DNA from: an uncultured Eubacteriales bacterium
GTDB taxonomy: Bacteria; Acidobacteriota; Aminicenantia; Aminicenantales; Aminicenantaceae
Assembly: GCA_964505785.1 (NCBI GenBank)
Contig: CAZDJZ010000003.1
Location: 168,934-232,933 of the forward strand
Length of the DNA stretch: 64,000 nt
Direction of reading: 5' to 3'
In this document: one piece after another, positions 10,650 to 20,177 of the stretch
Numbering within the stretch: position 1 is the first letter of the stretch
Layout of the letters: each line of letters begins with the position of its first letter
The notes under the pieces: generated by a model
Databases searched by the model: none
What the model was told of the DNA's origin: nothing
Seen by the model: only the letters and a program-made list of their open reading frames with translations
Program-made: the position numbers and the translations under genes

Positions 10650-10682
10650 AGGCAAAGCAGCTTGAGATCCTTTGCCTTTTTT
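10650..10682 (+). terminator. Intrinsic terminator-like hairpin between convergent manC and fba
   Basis: AGGCAAAG...CTTTGCCT stem followed by a T-run. Confidence 0.6.
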
Positions 10683-11982
10683 AATCTTCGTAATCGCCTT
10701 TTTCGGATTCCTGCTGCATAGAGAAAAGGGATTGGGCCTTTTCCCGGATTTTTTCATCGGTCCAGTCTTCTTTTATTTCAATTTTTTTCGTGACCGGGCC
10801 CGGATCATAAGAGCCGGCTTTTAGAATTTCCTCCAGCGCTATGGCCGCTGAATCCTTGGAACTAAAAACATTGATCAACATATTGTAAACAAAATCTTCC
10901 ACTCCTTGGATCATGCGCTCACGTATTTCAGCCGGCTGGGCATGCAGCTTGTTTTCAAAGGGAAGATTCAGTTTTTTATAACTCCCTCCCTTCAACCCTT
11001 TGTCCCGGGCATAAGCCGCCATTTCCTCCCACAGTTCATCCGTTACACCATGACCTTCCAATTTGATAAAATCTCCATTTTTATCCAGCCGTGCATTCCC
11101 ATAGTCATTCACTTCCACACCCCAGGAGATCATTTGCAAGGCAGTGGCTACATTGGCTTTGGTTGTATAGGTGGTTTCGGCAATTTCCCGTAACCGGTCG
11201 GAACTGTTTCCCGAGGTTCCATGCTGAGCCCCGGCGATGTTGTATTTTTTCAATGCCTTGTGAATTTCAGCAGTCAAATCAACCTGAATGCCTTGGTCAC
11301 TTTCCTGGATGCCGTGGGACGTTCCGTTATTCAGCGCAATCCAGTTCGGGAAAATTTCATGGGCATTCAATCCTTGAATGAGGAATAACGCCTCCTCAAC
11401 AGTGGATAAGCCTTCCGCCCCTTTAATTTCTCCCACCTCTGTTTCCAGCCCAGCCCAATCCGGAACATACCTGTTAAGCTCCAAATTAGCCAGCAGGTTT
11501 TCATCGTCAGGAAGATGAGATGCATCGATGGCAATGGAGGTAATACCTGCATCGAAAATTGAAGGGATCTCCACCTTCGCTGGCTCAACATCCGCTTTCT
11601 TTTTTATTGTATAATGATCAGCATGAACAGCGACCGGGACAGTGACACCCAATTCATTACAGACGGCATCAACCTGACGGGCGATGTTCCAGTAATTAAC
11701 CGCACAGTAAGCTCCCATCCCGCCTTCGGATTTGGCAATCTCAATAATCAGTGCCGAGTTGGCCCTCTGAGCGGCCCGCAGAGCGCCCCGGATAACGAAG
11801 TGATTCCGGCCGTTGGCGGCAATAGAAATTGATTTTTCTTTTTTCCGCATGGCCCTGTCGATGAACTTGCCGCTCACTATCAGCGCGTAAGAATTGGGAA
11901 AAAGCCGGGTAATATTGGGCGGCCTTCCTACCTTTAGCGCTTTTTGAAAATCTTTTGAATTTTGATTTATATCAGACATCAT
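10681..11982 (-). CDS. fba: Class II fructose-bisphosphate aldolase (long divergent type)
   Basis: HADH, IDASH, ETEVGEI, GTSHG, QHGTSG, KANVAT; AGGAGG RBS. Confidence 0.85.
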   Translation of the reverse strand: MMSDINQNSKDFQKALKVGRPPNITRLFPNSYALIVSGKFIDRAMRKKEKSISIAANGRNHFVIRGALRAAQRANSALIIEIAKSEGGMGAYCAVNYWNIARQVDAVCNELGVTVPVAVHADHYTIKKKADVEPAKVEIPSIFDAGITSIAIDASHLPDDENLLANLELNRYVPDWAGLETEVGEIKGAEGLSTVEEALFLIQGLNAHEIFPNWIALNNGTSHGIQESDQGIQVDLTAEIHKALKKYNIAGAQHGTSGNSSDRLREIAETTYTTKANVATALQMISWGVEVNDYGNARLDKNGDFIKLEGHGVTDELWEEMAAYARDKGLKGGSYKKLNLPFENKLHAQPAEIRERMIQGVEDFVYNMLINVFSSKDSAAIALEEILKAGSYDPGPVTKKIEIKEDWTDEKIREKAQSLFSMQQESEKGDYED

Positions 11983-12098
11983 GACCTCCTTGTGATGAGA
12001 TAATATTAATATTTTTGTATCTTAAAATAAAACCCATTTCTTTTATTCTAAACAAAACCGATTTAATGTAAAGCACTCTCTTTACCAAACAAATCAAA

Positions 12099-12188
12099 CT
12101 GAACAGACTTAGATGGACTTAGAAAGACTTAGATGGACTGAAAGACCGATTGGAACGCATCGAACGCAATGAACACAAGCCCAGCGGA
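12099..12188 (+). repeat. 9/10-bp satellite module (S), copy 1
   Basis: CTGAACA GACTTAGATG GACTTAGAAA GACTTAGATG GACTGAAA GACC...AACGCATCG AACGCAATG AAC; homologous copies at 23132-23230 and 49371-49450. Confidence 0.8.
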
Positions 12189-12195
12189 ACAGTCT

Positions 12196-12234
12196 AAGAT
12201 CCTCACGGCCTGCAGGCGCAGGCCTCAGGATGAC
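12196..12234 (+). repeat. REP-like arm (R module)
   Basis: AAGATCCTCACGGCCTGCAGGCGCAGGCCTCAGGATGAC; similar to 19820-19884 and to 45083-45148 (reverse strand). Confidence 0.7.
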
Positions 12235-12283
12235 ATTGATTCAATCAAGGTCGTCACTTCACTACGACGAGCTGCAAGCCGGA

Positions 12284-12446
12284 AGATGCGGTGAGATTCG
12301 GCCTGCCCGGGGGATGAGAAAATTGCGATTAAAATAAAAATTTAAAAATGAAAAAATTTCCCACGGATCTTTTTCTAAAAACCATGTTTGTCGCTGATAA
12401 AAAAGGGATTGTAAAAACATCGCAATTTTTTTATGAATAATCCAGG
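12284..12446 (-). mobile_element. Degenerate copy of the 193-bp MITE (one terminus retained)
   Basis: Reverse complement aligns colinearly with about 53323-53486; terminus CCTGGATTATTCAT at 12433-12446. Confidence 0.8.
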
Positions 12447-12464
12447 CTAGATTTGAGTAAATAC

Positions 12465-14234
12465 TTATTTCTTTATTAACCGGAGGCCCAGTTCTTCCAG
12501 CTGGCGATCTTCTACCTGAGCCGGAGCATCGGTCATTAAAGAAAGGGAACTGGTGGTCTTGGGAAAAGGGATCACCTGGCGGATAGAGGTTTCGCCGGTC
12601 AGCAGCATAATGATTCGATCAAAACCAAAGGCGATGCCCCCGTGCGGAGGTGTTCCGAAGGTCAGCGCTTTGAGAAAAAATCCAAATTTTTCTTCTGCCT
12701 GCTCCTCGCTCAACCCTAAGACCTGAAATATGCGCTGCTGCATCTCACGGTTATGAATTCGTATAGATCCGCCTCCGATTTCAATTCCGTTGAGCACCAT
12801 ATCATAAGCACGTGCTCTGACTTTGAATGGATCCTTATCCAGCAGCGCTTTGTCTTCTTCATGGACGGATGTAAAGGGATGGTGCATGGACACCACACGG
12901 CCTTCTTCCGTATTCCATTCGAATAAAGGAAAATCAGTTATCCACACAAACCGGTATTCATCAACCGGCAGCCTGGTTTCTTTTCCTAAAAACAAGCGGA
13001 TATGCCCGAGAACCTTAGCGGCGGCTTCTTCAGGCCCTGCCGACAATAAAATGATGTTTCCCTCTGCGGCCCTGCATCCGTTCCACAAGACCTCAAACTC
13101 ATTATCTTCAAGTTTTAGTGAAGATTTGTAGTTCCCATCTGCTCTTTTTATCCAAATGACGCCTTTCCCGCCCGCTTCCCGGGCCAAATCATTTAATTTG
13201 TCCAGCCGGCTGCGTGAAAATTCTCCCGCATCGCCTAACACCATCGCCTTGACCCGTCCGCCTTTATCCATCACGGCTTGAAGAAGATTTGATTTCACCC
13301 CCGCGGCTGACTCCGTGATATCAATGATCTCGCCGGGAATTCTCAAATCCGGTTTGTCCGTCCCGTAACGGGCCATACTCTCGACATAGGTCAGCCGGGG
13401 AAAAGGCCGCTTCACCTCAACTCCAATTAAGGAAAAAAGAGCGGCCATCATTCTTTCGGAGACATCAAATACATCATCCTGGTCAATAAAGCTCATTTCC
13501 ATATCGATTTGAGTAAATTCCGGCTGCCTTTCGGCCCTTAGATCCTCATCCCGGAAGCATTTGGCAATTTGGAAATAACGGTCATATCCTGAAATCATGA
13601 GAATCTGCTTAAATATTTGGGGGGATTGGGGAAGCGCAAAAAAACGGCCTTTGTAAATGCGGCTTGGAACAAGGTAATCCCGAGCTCCTTCTGGGGTGGA
13701 GCGGGTGAGCAGTGGTGTTTCAATTTCATAAAAACCTTCTTGATCCAAAAAACGCCTGACCGTCTGAGCAGCCTGATGGCGTACCCGTATATTCCTTTGC
13801 ATGGAAGGCCGCCTCAAATCCAAATAACGATATTCCAACCTCATTTCATCATTTGCCTGCGGCGGATCCTCAATCATAAAAGGCAGGTTTTCGCTGGAAC
13901 TAAATATAATGATATCCTCCGCATTAACTTCAATTTCTCCGGTGGCCATATCCGGATTACACAGTTTTTCTTCCCGCGGATTAACCCGGCCTTTGATTCC
14001 GATGACAAATTCCATTTTTATTTTCTTGGCCCTTTGTAAAAGGGAAGGATTGTCAGAAGAAATCACGACTTGAACAATTCCCTGCCTGTCTCTTAAATCA
14101 ATAAAAACAAGATGGCCCATGTCCCGGATTTTTTGAACCCAGCCGCAAAGCACAACCTCTTTTCCCGCATCTTCTTTCCGTAAATCCCCAGCATAGCGGT
14201 CTCTTTTCCAGATTGAATTATTTCTGTTGTTCAT
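12465..14234 (-). CDS. aspS: Aspartyl-tRNA synthetase
   Basis: FIDLRD, RYLDLRR, STPEGARDYLVP, FRDED, GGGSIRIH, PPHGGIAFGFDR. Confidence 0.97.
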   Translation of the reverse strand: MNNRNNSIWKRDRYAGDLRKEDAGKEVVLCGWVQKIRDMGHLVFIDLRDRQGIVQVVISSDNPSLLQRAKKIKMEFVIGIKGRVNPREEKLCNPDMATGEIEVNAEDIIIFSSSENLPFMIEDPPQANDEMRLEYRYLDLRRPSMQRNIRVRHQAAQTVRRFLDQEGFYEIETPLLTRSTPEGARDYLVPSRIYKGRFFALPQSPQIFKQILMISGYDRYFQIAKCFRDEDLRAERQPEFTQIDMEMSFIDQDDVFDVSERMMAALFSLIGVEVKRPFPRLTYVESMARYGTDKPDLRIPGEIIDITESAAGVKSNLLQAVMDKGGRVKAMVLGDAGEFSRSRLDKLNDLAREAGGKGVIWIKRADGNYKSSLKLEDNEFEVLWNGCRAAEGNIILLSAGPEEAAAKVLGHIRLFLGKETRLPVDEYRFVWITDFPLFEWNTEEGRVVSMHHPFTSVHEEDKALLDKDPFKVRARAYDMVLNGIEIGGGSIRIHNREMQQRIFQVLGLSEEQAEEKFGFFLKALTFGTPPHGGIAFGFDRIIMLLTGETSIRQVIPFPKTTSSLSLMTDAPAQVEDRQLEELGLRLIKK

Positions 14235-14267
14235 AGAAAGATCCTTTTCCCGGATGGATTTCCCCGT

Positions 14268-15518
14268 TCAGCGAAGCTGTTCCAGCAGCTCAGATTCCGT
14301 GGCTTCCCGCTGCTCCCCTGAACGCATATTTTTCAACTGATAAACCTTTTTACTCAATTCTTCCTCGCCGATAATAACCGCCCAGGAAGCATCCAGTTTA
14401 TTGGCCCGGCTTAATTGTTTTCCCAAACTCCGTTCCTTGTATTCGATCAGGCATTCAATGTCGTTCCGGCGCAGCATCTCAGCCACTGTCATGGCTTTTT
14501 GTTTGGCTTGTTCATCGCGGAAAACGATATAAACAAAATCGGCGGGCGCCTCTTTCTCAGGCACTAAAGACAACAGCCGTTCCATCCCCATGGCGAAACC
14601 AATCCCGCATATATCAGGCCCTCCATAGGTTTTCATCAAATCATCATAACGCCCTCCGCCCAATACGGCATCTTGGGCCCCCATACGCGCGGAAACAATT
14701 TCAAAAGTTGATTTTGTGTAGTAATCCAATCCCCGGACTAAACGCGGGTCGGCGGTATAGTTCAGTCCATATATATTTAAATATTTCTGAAAACGTTCAA
14801 AATGCTCACGGCATTCCCGGCAAAAATAATCCGTAATTAAAGGGAACTCCCGGGATACATCCCGGCAGGATTTCTGTTTGCAATCAAATATCCGCAAAGG
14901 GTTGATTTCGACCTTTTTGCGGCAATCCGGACATAAATCCTTTTCCTTTGCTCTGGCCGCAGCTTTAAGGTCCGCAAAATAGCGGGGCCGGCAAGCGGAA
15001 CACCCTACAGAATTTACCAGAATTTCAAAGTCAGTCACTCCGACTTTTTTCAACATAAAATCGGCCATTTTGACTATTTCCGCATCAACGGCAGGGTCTT
15101 TCTCTCCAAACACTTCAATATCAGCCTGGTGAAATTGGCGGAACCGTCCTTTTTGCGGTTTGTCATAGCGGAACATAGGACCGATAAAATAAAACCGCAT
15201 CGGCTGCGGCTGCAGGTAGAGACGGTTTTGCATAATAGCGCGGACGACTGAAGGGGTATATTCCGGGCGCAGGGTTAAGGATCGCCCTCCCTTATCAGTA
15301 AATGTATACATCTCTTTGGTTACAATATCAGAGGTCATTCCGGTACCTTTTTCAAATAATTCCGTGGCTTCGAAGACCGGAGTTCTAATCTGGCGATATC
15401 CGTAATGTTCAAATATTTCTCCGCAGGCTTGCTCCACTCGCTGCCACGTTCGCGTCTCCGGAGGAAGGATATCTCGGGTCCCTTTAATGGAAGCAAGGGT
15501 GTGCTGGTTTTCGCTCAT
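14268..15518 (-). CDS. hisS: Histidyl-tRNA synthetase
   Basis: [36 protein letters not shown]. Confidence 0.97.
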   Translation of the reverse strand: MSENQHTLASIKGTRDILPPETRTWQRVEQACGEIFEHYGYRQIRTPVFEATELFEKGTGMTSDIVTKEMYTFTDKGGRSLTLRPEYTPSVVRAIMQNRLYLQPQPMRFYFIGPMFRYDKPQKGRFRQFHQADIEVFGEKDPAVDAEIVKMADFMLKKVGVTDFEILVNSVGCSACRPRYFADLKAAARAKEKDLCPDCRKKVEINPLRIFDCKQKSCRDVSREFPLITDYFCRECREHFERFQKYLNIYGLNYTADPRLVRGLDYYTKSTFEIVSARMGAQDAVLGGGRYDDLMKTYGGPDICGIGFAMGMERLLSLVPEKEAPADFVYIVFRDEQAKQKAMTVAEMLRRNDIECLIEYKERSLGKQLSRANKLDASWAVIIGEEELSKKVYQLKNMRSGEQREATESELLEQLR

Positions 15519-16468
15519 TCTTCTGTAAATACTCCAATTTTCCTGTACTTTTGATAGCGAAGCTCTATTCTTTTTTCCGGAGACAATTTTTCCATATCTG
15601 CCAGAGTTTTTTGGATTTCCTTATCGACCGCAACGAATGTGGTTTCCCAATCAATATGGGCGCCTCCCGGCGGCTCCGGAATTATTTTGTCCGCAATCCC
15701 GAACTCGGCCAAATCTTTAGCCAGGAAACGAAGATTTTCCGCTGCCTGGGCAAGAGCTGTTTGATCCTTCCATAATATGGCCGCACATCCTTCAGGGGAA
15801 ATAACTGAATAAAATGAATTTTCCAGCATCAATAATCGATCACCAACCCCAACCGCCAGGGCGCCTCCGCTTCCGCCTTCTCCAATGACAACATTAAGGA
15901 CCGGGATTTTCAATTGCGATATTTCTTTCAAATTAAAAGCAATGGCCTCTGCCTGCCCCCGTTCTTCGCCTTCAATACCCGGATAAGCTCCAGGAGTATC
16001 GATCAATGTGATCACCGGGAAATTAAATTTTTGGGCCAGCTTCATGATCCGCAGAGCTTTCCTGTAGCCTTCCGGAGTCGGCTGTCCAAAATTCCTTGAT
16101 ATACGCTCGCGGGTTGTCCGGCCTTTTTGATGCCCGACTATGACAACACTCTGACCACGGTATTGTGCAAATCCTGCGATCAAAGCCGGATCATCTCCCG
16201 CCCTCCGGTCCCCATGAAATTCCATAAAATCCTGTGTCAGCCTCTTGATATAATCAAGAGTATAGGGCCGTTGGGGATGACGGGCGATTTGAACCCGGTG
16301 CAATGCGGTTAATTTCGGCTGTAATTTCTCCCATTCCGACTTTATCCGCTCTTTCAATGGATCGATCTTATCTTTTTGCGGAATATCCGACTCCATCAAC
16401 GCATCGATCTGCTTTTTATACTCTAGTATTTTTTTCTCTAATTGATAAAAATCTTTTTCAGCACTCAT
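15515..16468 (-). CDS. accA: Acetyl-CoA carboxylase carboxyltransferase alpha subunit
   Basis: [43 protein letters not shown]. Confidence 0.96.
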   Translation of the reverse strand: MSAEKDFYQLEKKILEYKKQIDALMESDIPQKDKIDPLKERIKSEWEKLQPKLTALHRVQIARHPQRPYTLDYIKRLTQDFMEFHGDRRAGDDPALIAGFAQYRGQSVVIVGHQKGRTTRERISRNFGQPTPEGYRKALRIMKLAQKFNFPVITLIDTPGAYPGIEGEERGQAEAIAFNLKEISQLKIPVLNVVIGEGGSGGALAVGVGDRLLMLENSFYSVISPEGCAAILWKDQTALAQAAENLRFLAKDLAEFGIADKIIPEPPGGAHIDWETTFVAVDKEIQKTLADMEKLSPEKRIELRYQKYRKIGVFTEE

Positions 16469-16656
16469 GTTTTGCCTGCCTGGATTTTTTAAGTGAACTG
16501 ATTTTGCCAGACCTTCAGGTCCGGTTTGTTTATTCTATAGATTTACGAAAATAAATTCAAGACAGTCCGAAAACCATTCACTGCTTCGAATGAACACTTT
16601 GAAGCAGAACATGTAGAGACTCAATCATTCATCTTTTTTTGGATTGCAGTTTTTAT

Positions 16657-17307
16657 TTAATCTAATTTGGCTACCAGCTTCTGCGTGGGAATTCGGACTT
16701 CCAGCAAGTCTCCATCTGAATTGGTTTGAAGCTCAATTACAGAAGAACTGATATCCATGAGCAGGCGGCAGGAATTTTCCTCATCCGCCTGTAAAAGAAA
16801 CGGCACTTCAACCTGAGGAATAATATAGGCGGAAAGTTGTTTTTCTGCTTCCAGAGAGCAGCGGTATTTTTTGGATATGACCATATATGCTGAAAAAACC
16901 GGATTGGGGAGTAAAAATGCATCCCTCCGTATATCAACAGAGACGGTTTGTTCCCGGCCGGAAATCTGAATCAGATTTTCAACGTGCCCATCGGAAACAG
17001 CACTTTCCACCTTCTGTTCCATCCCGCTGATAGCTCCTTCAAAAAAAAACCTTTGCGGGATGAAACTCTCGCTGAGTTGAATTTCCATCCGTTTTATTTG
17101 AATTGGAATAGGTTTGGTCATCCGCCCGGTTACGACAAGTTCATATCCCCGTTCGACCCGCCGCCATTCAAATTCCTCATATCCGACTTGCTCATCCATA
17201 ACGTATATCGAAAAGGTTCCCCGCTCAGCCTCAATGTCCGCTGCTGCGGAAGAAGCGAACAGAGCCAGGCAGCAGATGCTCGTAATAGTGCCGATTTTTT
17301 TCTTCAT
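16657..17307 (-). CDS. Hypothetical exported beta-rich protein
   Basis: Signal peptide MKKKIGTITSICCLALFASSAAA; GGAG RBS; alternating beta-strand pattern. Confidence 0.65.
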   Translation of the reverse strand: MKKKIGTITSICCLALFASSAAADIEAERGTFSIYVMDEQVGYEEFEWRRVERGYELVVTGRMTKPIPIQIKRMEIQLSESFIPQRFFFEGAISGMEQKVESAVSDGHVENLIQISGREQTVSVDIRRDAFLLPNPVFSAYMVISKKYRCSLEAEKQLSAYIIPQVEVPFLLQADEENSCRLLMDISSSVIELQTNSDGDLLEVRIPTQKLVAKLD

Positions 17308-17364
17308 TTTTACTCCCAGTCCGCCTTGCGTTAAAAAGCCGGGCAAATATTGAAAATCTGAGAA

Positions 17365-17679
17365 TTATTCTATAACAACAGCTGTCCCGTAGACTAAAAT
17401 TTCCGATGCATTCTGCATAATCATGGAAGTTGTGAACCGGACATTGATAACGGCATTGGCTCCCTGATTTTCGGCCTCTTCTATCATACGGTCAATTGCT
17501 TGTTCACGGGCTTCAGCCATCATTTTTGTGTAATCACGGATTTCACCGCCCACTAAATTTTTCAAGGCGGCGGAAATGTCATGTCCGATATGACGGGCGC
17601 GAATTGTGTTCCCGCGGACCAGACTTAATGTCCTTTTTATGGTCTTGCCGGGGATATCTCCTGTCGTTACTACAATCAT
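17365..17679 (-). CDS. YbjQ/UPF0145 family protein
   Basis: LKNLVGGEIRDY, AREQAIDRM, GANAVINVRF, YGTAV. Confidence 0.9.
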   Translation of the reverse strand: MIVVTTGDIPGKTIKRTLSLVRGNTIRARHIGHDISAALKNLVGGEIRDYTKMMAEAREQAIDRMIEEAENQGANAVINVRFTTSMIMQNASEILVYGTAVVIE

Positions 17680-18122
17680 TTTTGAACCTCCTTGTATCTC
17701 TCCCGTTTGTGAACAAAGATCTGTTCCCTCGCTAAAGAAATCAGCAAAATGACCAGTCCTCCCAGAACAGCCAAAATTCCTATTTTAAAAAAGAATGGAA
17801 GTCCAGGATCATGCAGCATATTCTTAACCAGCCGGTATCCTCCGTAGAGAAGGAAAATCATAGCACCGATGGAAAGAAAAATCCACCCGGTTTGCCTCTC
17901 CATCCGGTTATATATGGAACCCCAGTAATGCTCCCAGGCCTCTCCCGGAGGCGGTTTTAAAGACATCCGGGTCATTGCATCCTCTAAATCCTCCATTTCC
18001 TTAAATTCCCGGCGGCATTCATCACATTCCTGAATGTGATTCCTGACTTTTTCTTTCTCCGCTGCGGATAATTCGCCGTCATGATATAAGGCAACGAGTT
18101 TTTTTATTTCTTCATGTTTCAT
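17676..18122 (-). CDS. Zinc-binding (zf-HC2/ZAS) membrane anti-sigma factor
   Basis: YHDGEL, HIQECDEC (HxxxCxxC), two TM helices; follows the ECF sigma. Confidence 0.85.
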   Translation of the reverse strand: MKHEEIKKLVALYHDGELSAAEKEKVRNHIQECDECRREFKEMEDLEDAMTRMSLKPPPGEAWEHYWGSIYNRMERQTGWIFLSIGAMIFLLYGGYRLVKNMLHDPGLPFFFKIGILAVLGGLVILLISLAREQIFVHKRERYKEVQK

Positions 18123-18171
18123 TCTTGCATCCTCCCCCTTTCTTTTATTTTGTTGCGGTTCATCACCAATT

Positions 18172-18759
18172 TTAATTTTTTTTTTGGGAGTAATAGAGAG
18201 AAGACATGATTGTTCCGACCGGCTTCCGGGTTATTTCGGCGATCTCTTTATAAGAACATTGTCTGAAATACTTGAGAATAATTATTTCCCGGTGTTCAAA
18301 GGGCAAGGTTTCCATCGCATCCCAGACGCTTTTTTGCAATTCCAGATCATTTTTGTCTTCATAATACACAGGGACATCCTGCCGCGGCATGGCATTCCGT
18401 ATCCGTCTTTTTTTCATAAAATCCAGGCAAAGATTTTTCAATATTTGATAAAACCAGGGATAAAAAGGCTTTTCGCAGTCAAATGATTTCAATTTTCGGT
18501 ATGCACGTACAAATGCATCTTGGGAAATATCCAGAGCATCCTGCTGATTCCTGACAAAGCCAAGGGCTATGCTGTAAGCAGCCCCTTTATATTTCTCCAC
18601 AAAGAACCGGAACATGTTTTTGTTTCCGGCTTGAACCTGCCTGAGAATAAACAGCTCGGTTCCTTCTTTCACCGGGTTCTCAGCCTGCATAACAGCATCC
18701 GATTTTAACCCGATGACCTTGACTTGATTTTCCATTTTTAAATTTCTTTTCACTGTCAT
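18172..18759 (-). CDS. ECF sigma-70 factor, C-terminus apparently frameshifted at an A10 tract
   Basis: DALDISQDAF, FYPWFYQI..N..LD, SYKEIAE...PVGTIMSSL; stops just after CAAAAAAAAAAT; exact start uncertain. Confidence 0.85.
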   Translation of the reverse strand: MTVKRNLKMENQVKVIGLKSDAVMQAENPVKEGTELFILRQVQAGNKNMFRFFVEKYKGAAYSIALGFVRNQQDALDISQDAFVRAYRKLKSFDCEKPFYPWFYQILKNLCLDFMKKRRIRNAMPRQDVPVYYEDKNDLELQKSVWDAMETLPFEHREIIILKYFRQCSYKEIAEITRKPVGTIMSSLYYSQKKN

Positions 18760-18894
18760 ATACGCAAAAACCGATCATTTTATTCAATTTTAATCTTTTT
18801 TTTTAAGCGCATTGTACTTTTTCATGAACCCATCATGAGTGTAACACAATATCAATGAAAATCTCTGCCCTTCCGAAGAGCGAAGCGAGGCCGG

Positions 18895-19020
18895 AATCGG
18901 AGAGGATGTCCTCGCTGGGGACAGATGCGCAGCTGCGGGATATGGCCCTTATCCATTGCCATATGGAAACGGTTTTTATATGAAAACGCCGGCATTTGAT
19001 CCGGCGAGGCAGGAGAAGAA
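18895..19020 (+). repeat. 126-bp multi-hairpin module (H), copy 1
   Basis: Ungapped match to 56347-56472, 16 mismatches by manual count. Confidence 0.9.
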
Positions 19021-19025
19021 ACAGG

Positions 19026-19760
19026 TCAGGAAAGATTTCTCTGTCTGACAACTTCATAGATAAATACGGCTGCGGCTGCAGCGACGTTCAAGGAAGATAC
19101 CCGTCCGGACAGAGGAAGAGACAACAAGCAATCACATTTTTCTTTCACCAGCCGCCGGAGTCCGGTGCCTTCCGAACCCAGGACCAAACCGACCGGGCTT
19201 GTGTAATCAAATTCATACCAGGGTTCATGACTGTCTTCCTCTGCCCCAACCAGCCATACCCCCTGCTTTTTTAAAAAATCCATTGTTCTGGCCAAATTTT
19301 TAACTCTGGCTATCGCCAGGTGTTCCAAGGCTCCGGCTGAAACAGAATAGACCGCTGTAGTCAATCCGGCCGACCGCCGTTCCGGTATGATCAAGCCGTC
19401 AACCCCCGCACCTTCAGCCGTCCGGATAACCGCTCCTAAATTCTGGGGGTCCTCCACTTCATCCAGGAGCAGCAGAAAAGGGCAGGAAGAACCCGCTAAA
19501 ATTTTATTAACCGGCAAAAATTCTTTAGGCGCTATCCGCGCTATCAAACCCTGATTTCTCGACGACATGGTCCGGAGTTTTGACTCAGGAATAAATACAA
19601 CCGGGATACCGGCCTGCCGAGCCTGCTTAGCAATATCCAAAATCCGGCGGTTTGATGTTCCTTTCTGGATATATAATTTTTGAATTCGGCGGGATGATGC
19701 ATTCAGGGCTTCATACACAGGGTTGATTCTGTCGAGGATAATAGTTTGAGAATTATTCAT
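19026..19760 (-). CDS. rlmB: 23S rRNA Gm2251 methyltransferase
   Basis: EDPQNLGAVIRTA, GSEGTGL, SLNVAAA (SpoU family). Confidence 0.9.
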   Translation of the reverse strand: MNNSQTIILDRINPVYEALNASSRRIQKLYIQKGTSNRRILDIAKQARQAGIPVVFIPESKLRTMSSRNQGLIARIAPKEFLPVNKILAGSSCPFLLLLDEVEDPQNLGAVIRTAEGAGVDGLIIPERRSAGLTTAVYSVSAGALEHLAIARVKNLARTMDFLKKQGVWLVGAEEDSHEPWYEFDYTSPVGLVLGSEGTGLRRLVKEKCDCLLSLPLSGRVSSLNVAAAAAVFIYEVVRQRNLS

Positions 19761-19782
19761 ACCGTAACCTGTTTTCTTCTTG

Positions 19783-19910
19783 CCTGAACGATTAGTTCGA
19801 AAATGACCCGTTAGTCAGGGTCATCCTGAGACATGCGAAGCAGAGCAAGGTCCTCATGGTCTGCTCTGCTGGCCCCAGGATGACATTTTGATTTATTTTC
19901 ATTGTTCAGG
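19783..19910. mobile_element. 128-bp element with imperfect terminal inverted repeats enclosing a REP-like palindrome
   Basis: CCTGAACGAT ... ATTGTTCAGG ends; GTCATCCTG...CAGGATGAC inside; homologous to 45083-45183 (reverse strand). Confidence 0.65.
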
Positions 19911-19928
19911 GTGTTTTATGCACATATT

Positions 19929-19982
19929 TTATTCATAAAGAAATTGTGATGTTTTTTCAATCTCGGCCCGTGAATAAGCCAG
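19929..19982 (+). mobile_element. Internally deleted mini-MITE
   Basis: Left end (TTATTCATAAAGAAATTGTGAT) joined at CAAT to the right end (CAATCTCGGCCCGTGAATAAGCCAG) of the 53323-53515 element. Confidence 0.7.
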
Positions 19983-20059
19983 TCTGATTGAAAAACATAT
20001 TTTCCGATTCCGGCAACGGTTGATATTTATAGCATGAAGCATTAAACCGGTCAATGTCC

Positions 20060-20098
20060 TTGCACTGAAGCACCGCTTTTAATACACTACTCAGTGCA
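20060..20098 (+). promoter_or_regulatory. Sigma70-like promoter with overlapping inverted repeat
   Basis: TTGCAC-17bp-TACACT; TGCACTGA-N22-TCAGTGCA. Confidence 0.5.
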
Positions 20099-20177
20099 TT
20101 TAATTCAGTTCGTCACTTTTTTCCGGAGAAAAAACGAACTATTATGATTCCAATTTTCAGCATGAGGAGATCCATAG

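Noticed and set aside
12099-12188. CRISPR array
   Set aside because: Units are 9-10 bp with no unique spacers, and there are no cas genes in the window.
18833-19057. Small ORFs over the H repeat (also 56333-56539)
   Set aside because: The two copies give ORFs on opposite strands with no shared start or stop, so a non-coding repeat is more likely.
19750-19760. TIR-like ATGAATAAT at gene starts and ends (rlmB, dnaA, pth stop)
   Set aside because: Explained by common Met-Asn-Asn codons or GAA-TAA, with no adjoining element sequence.
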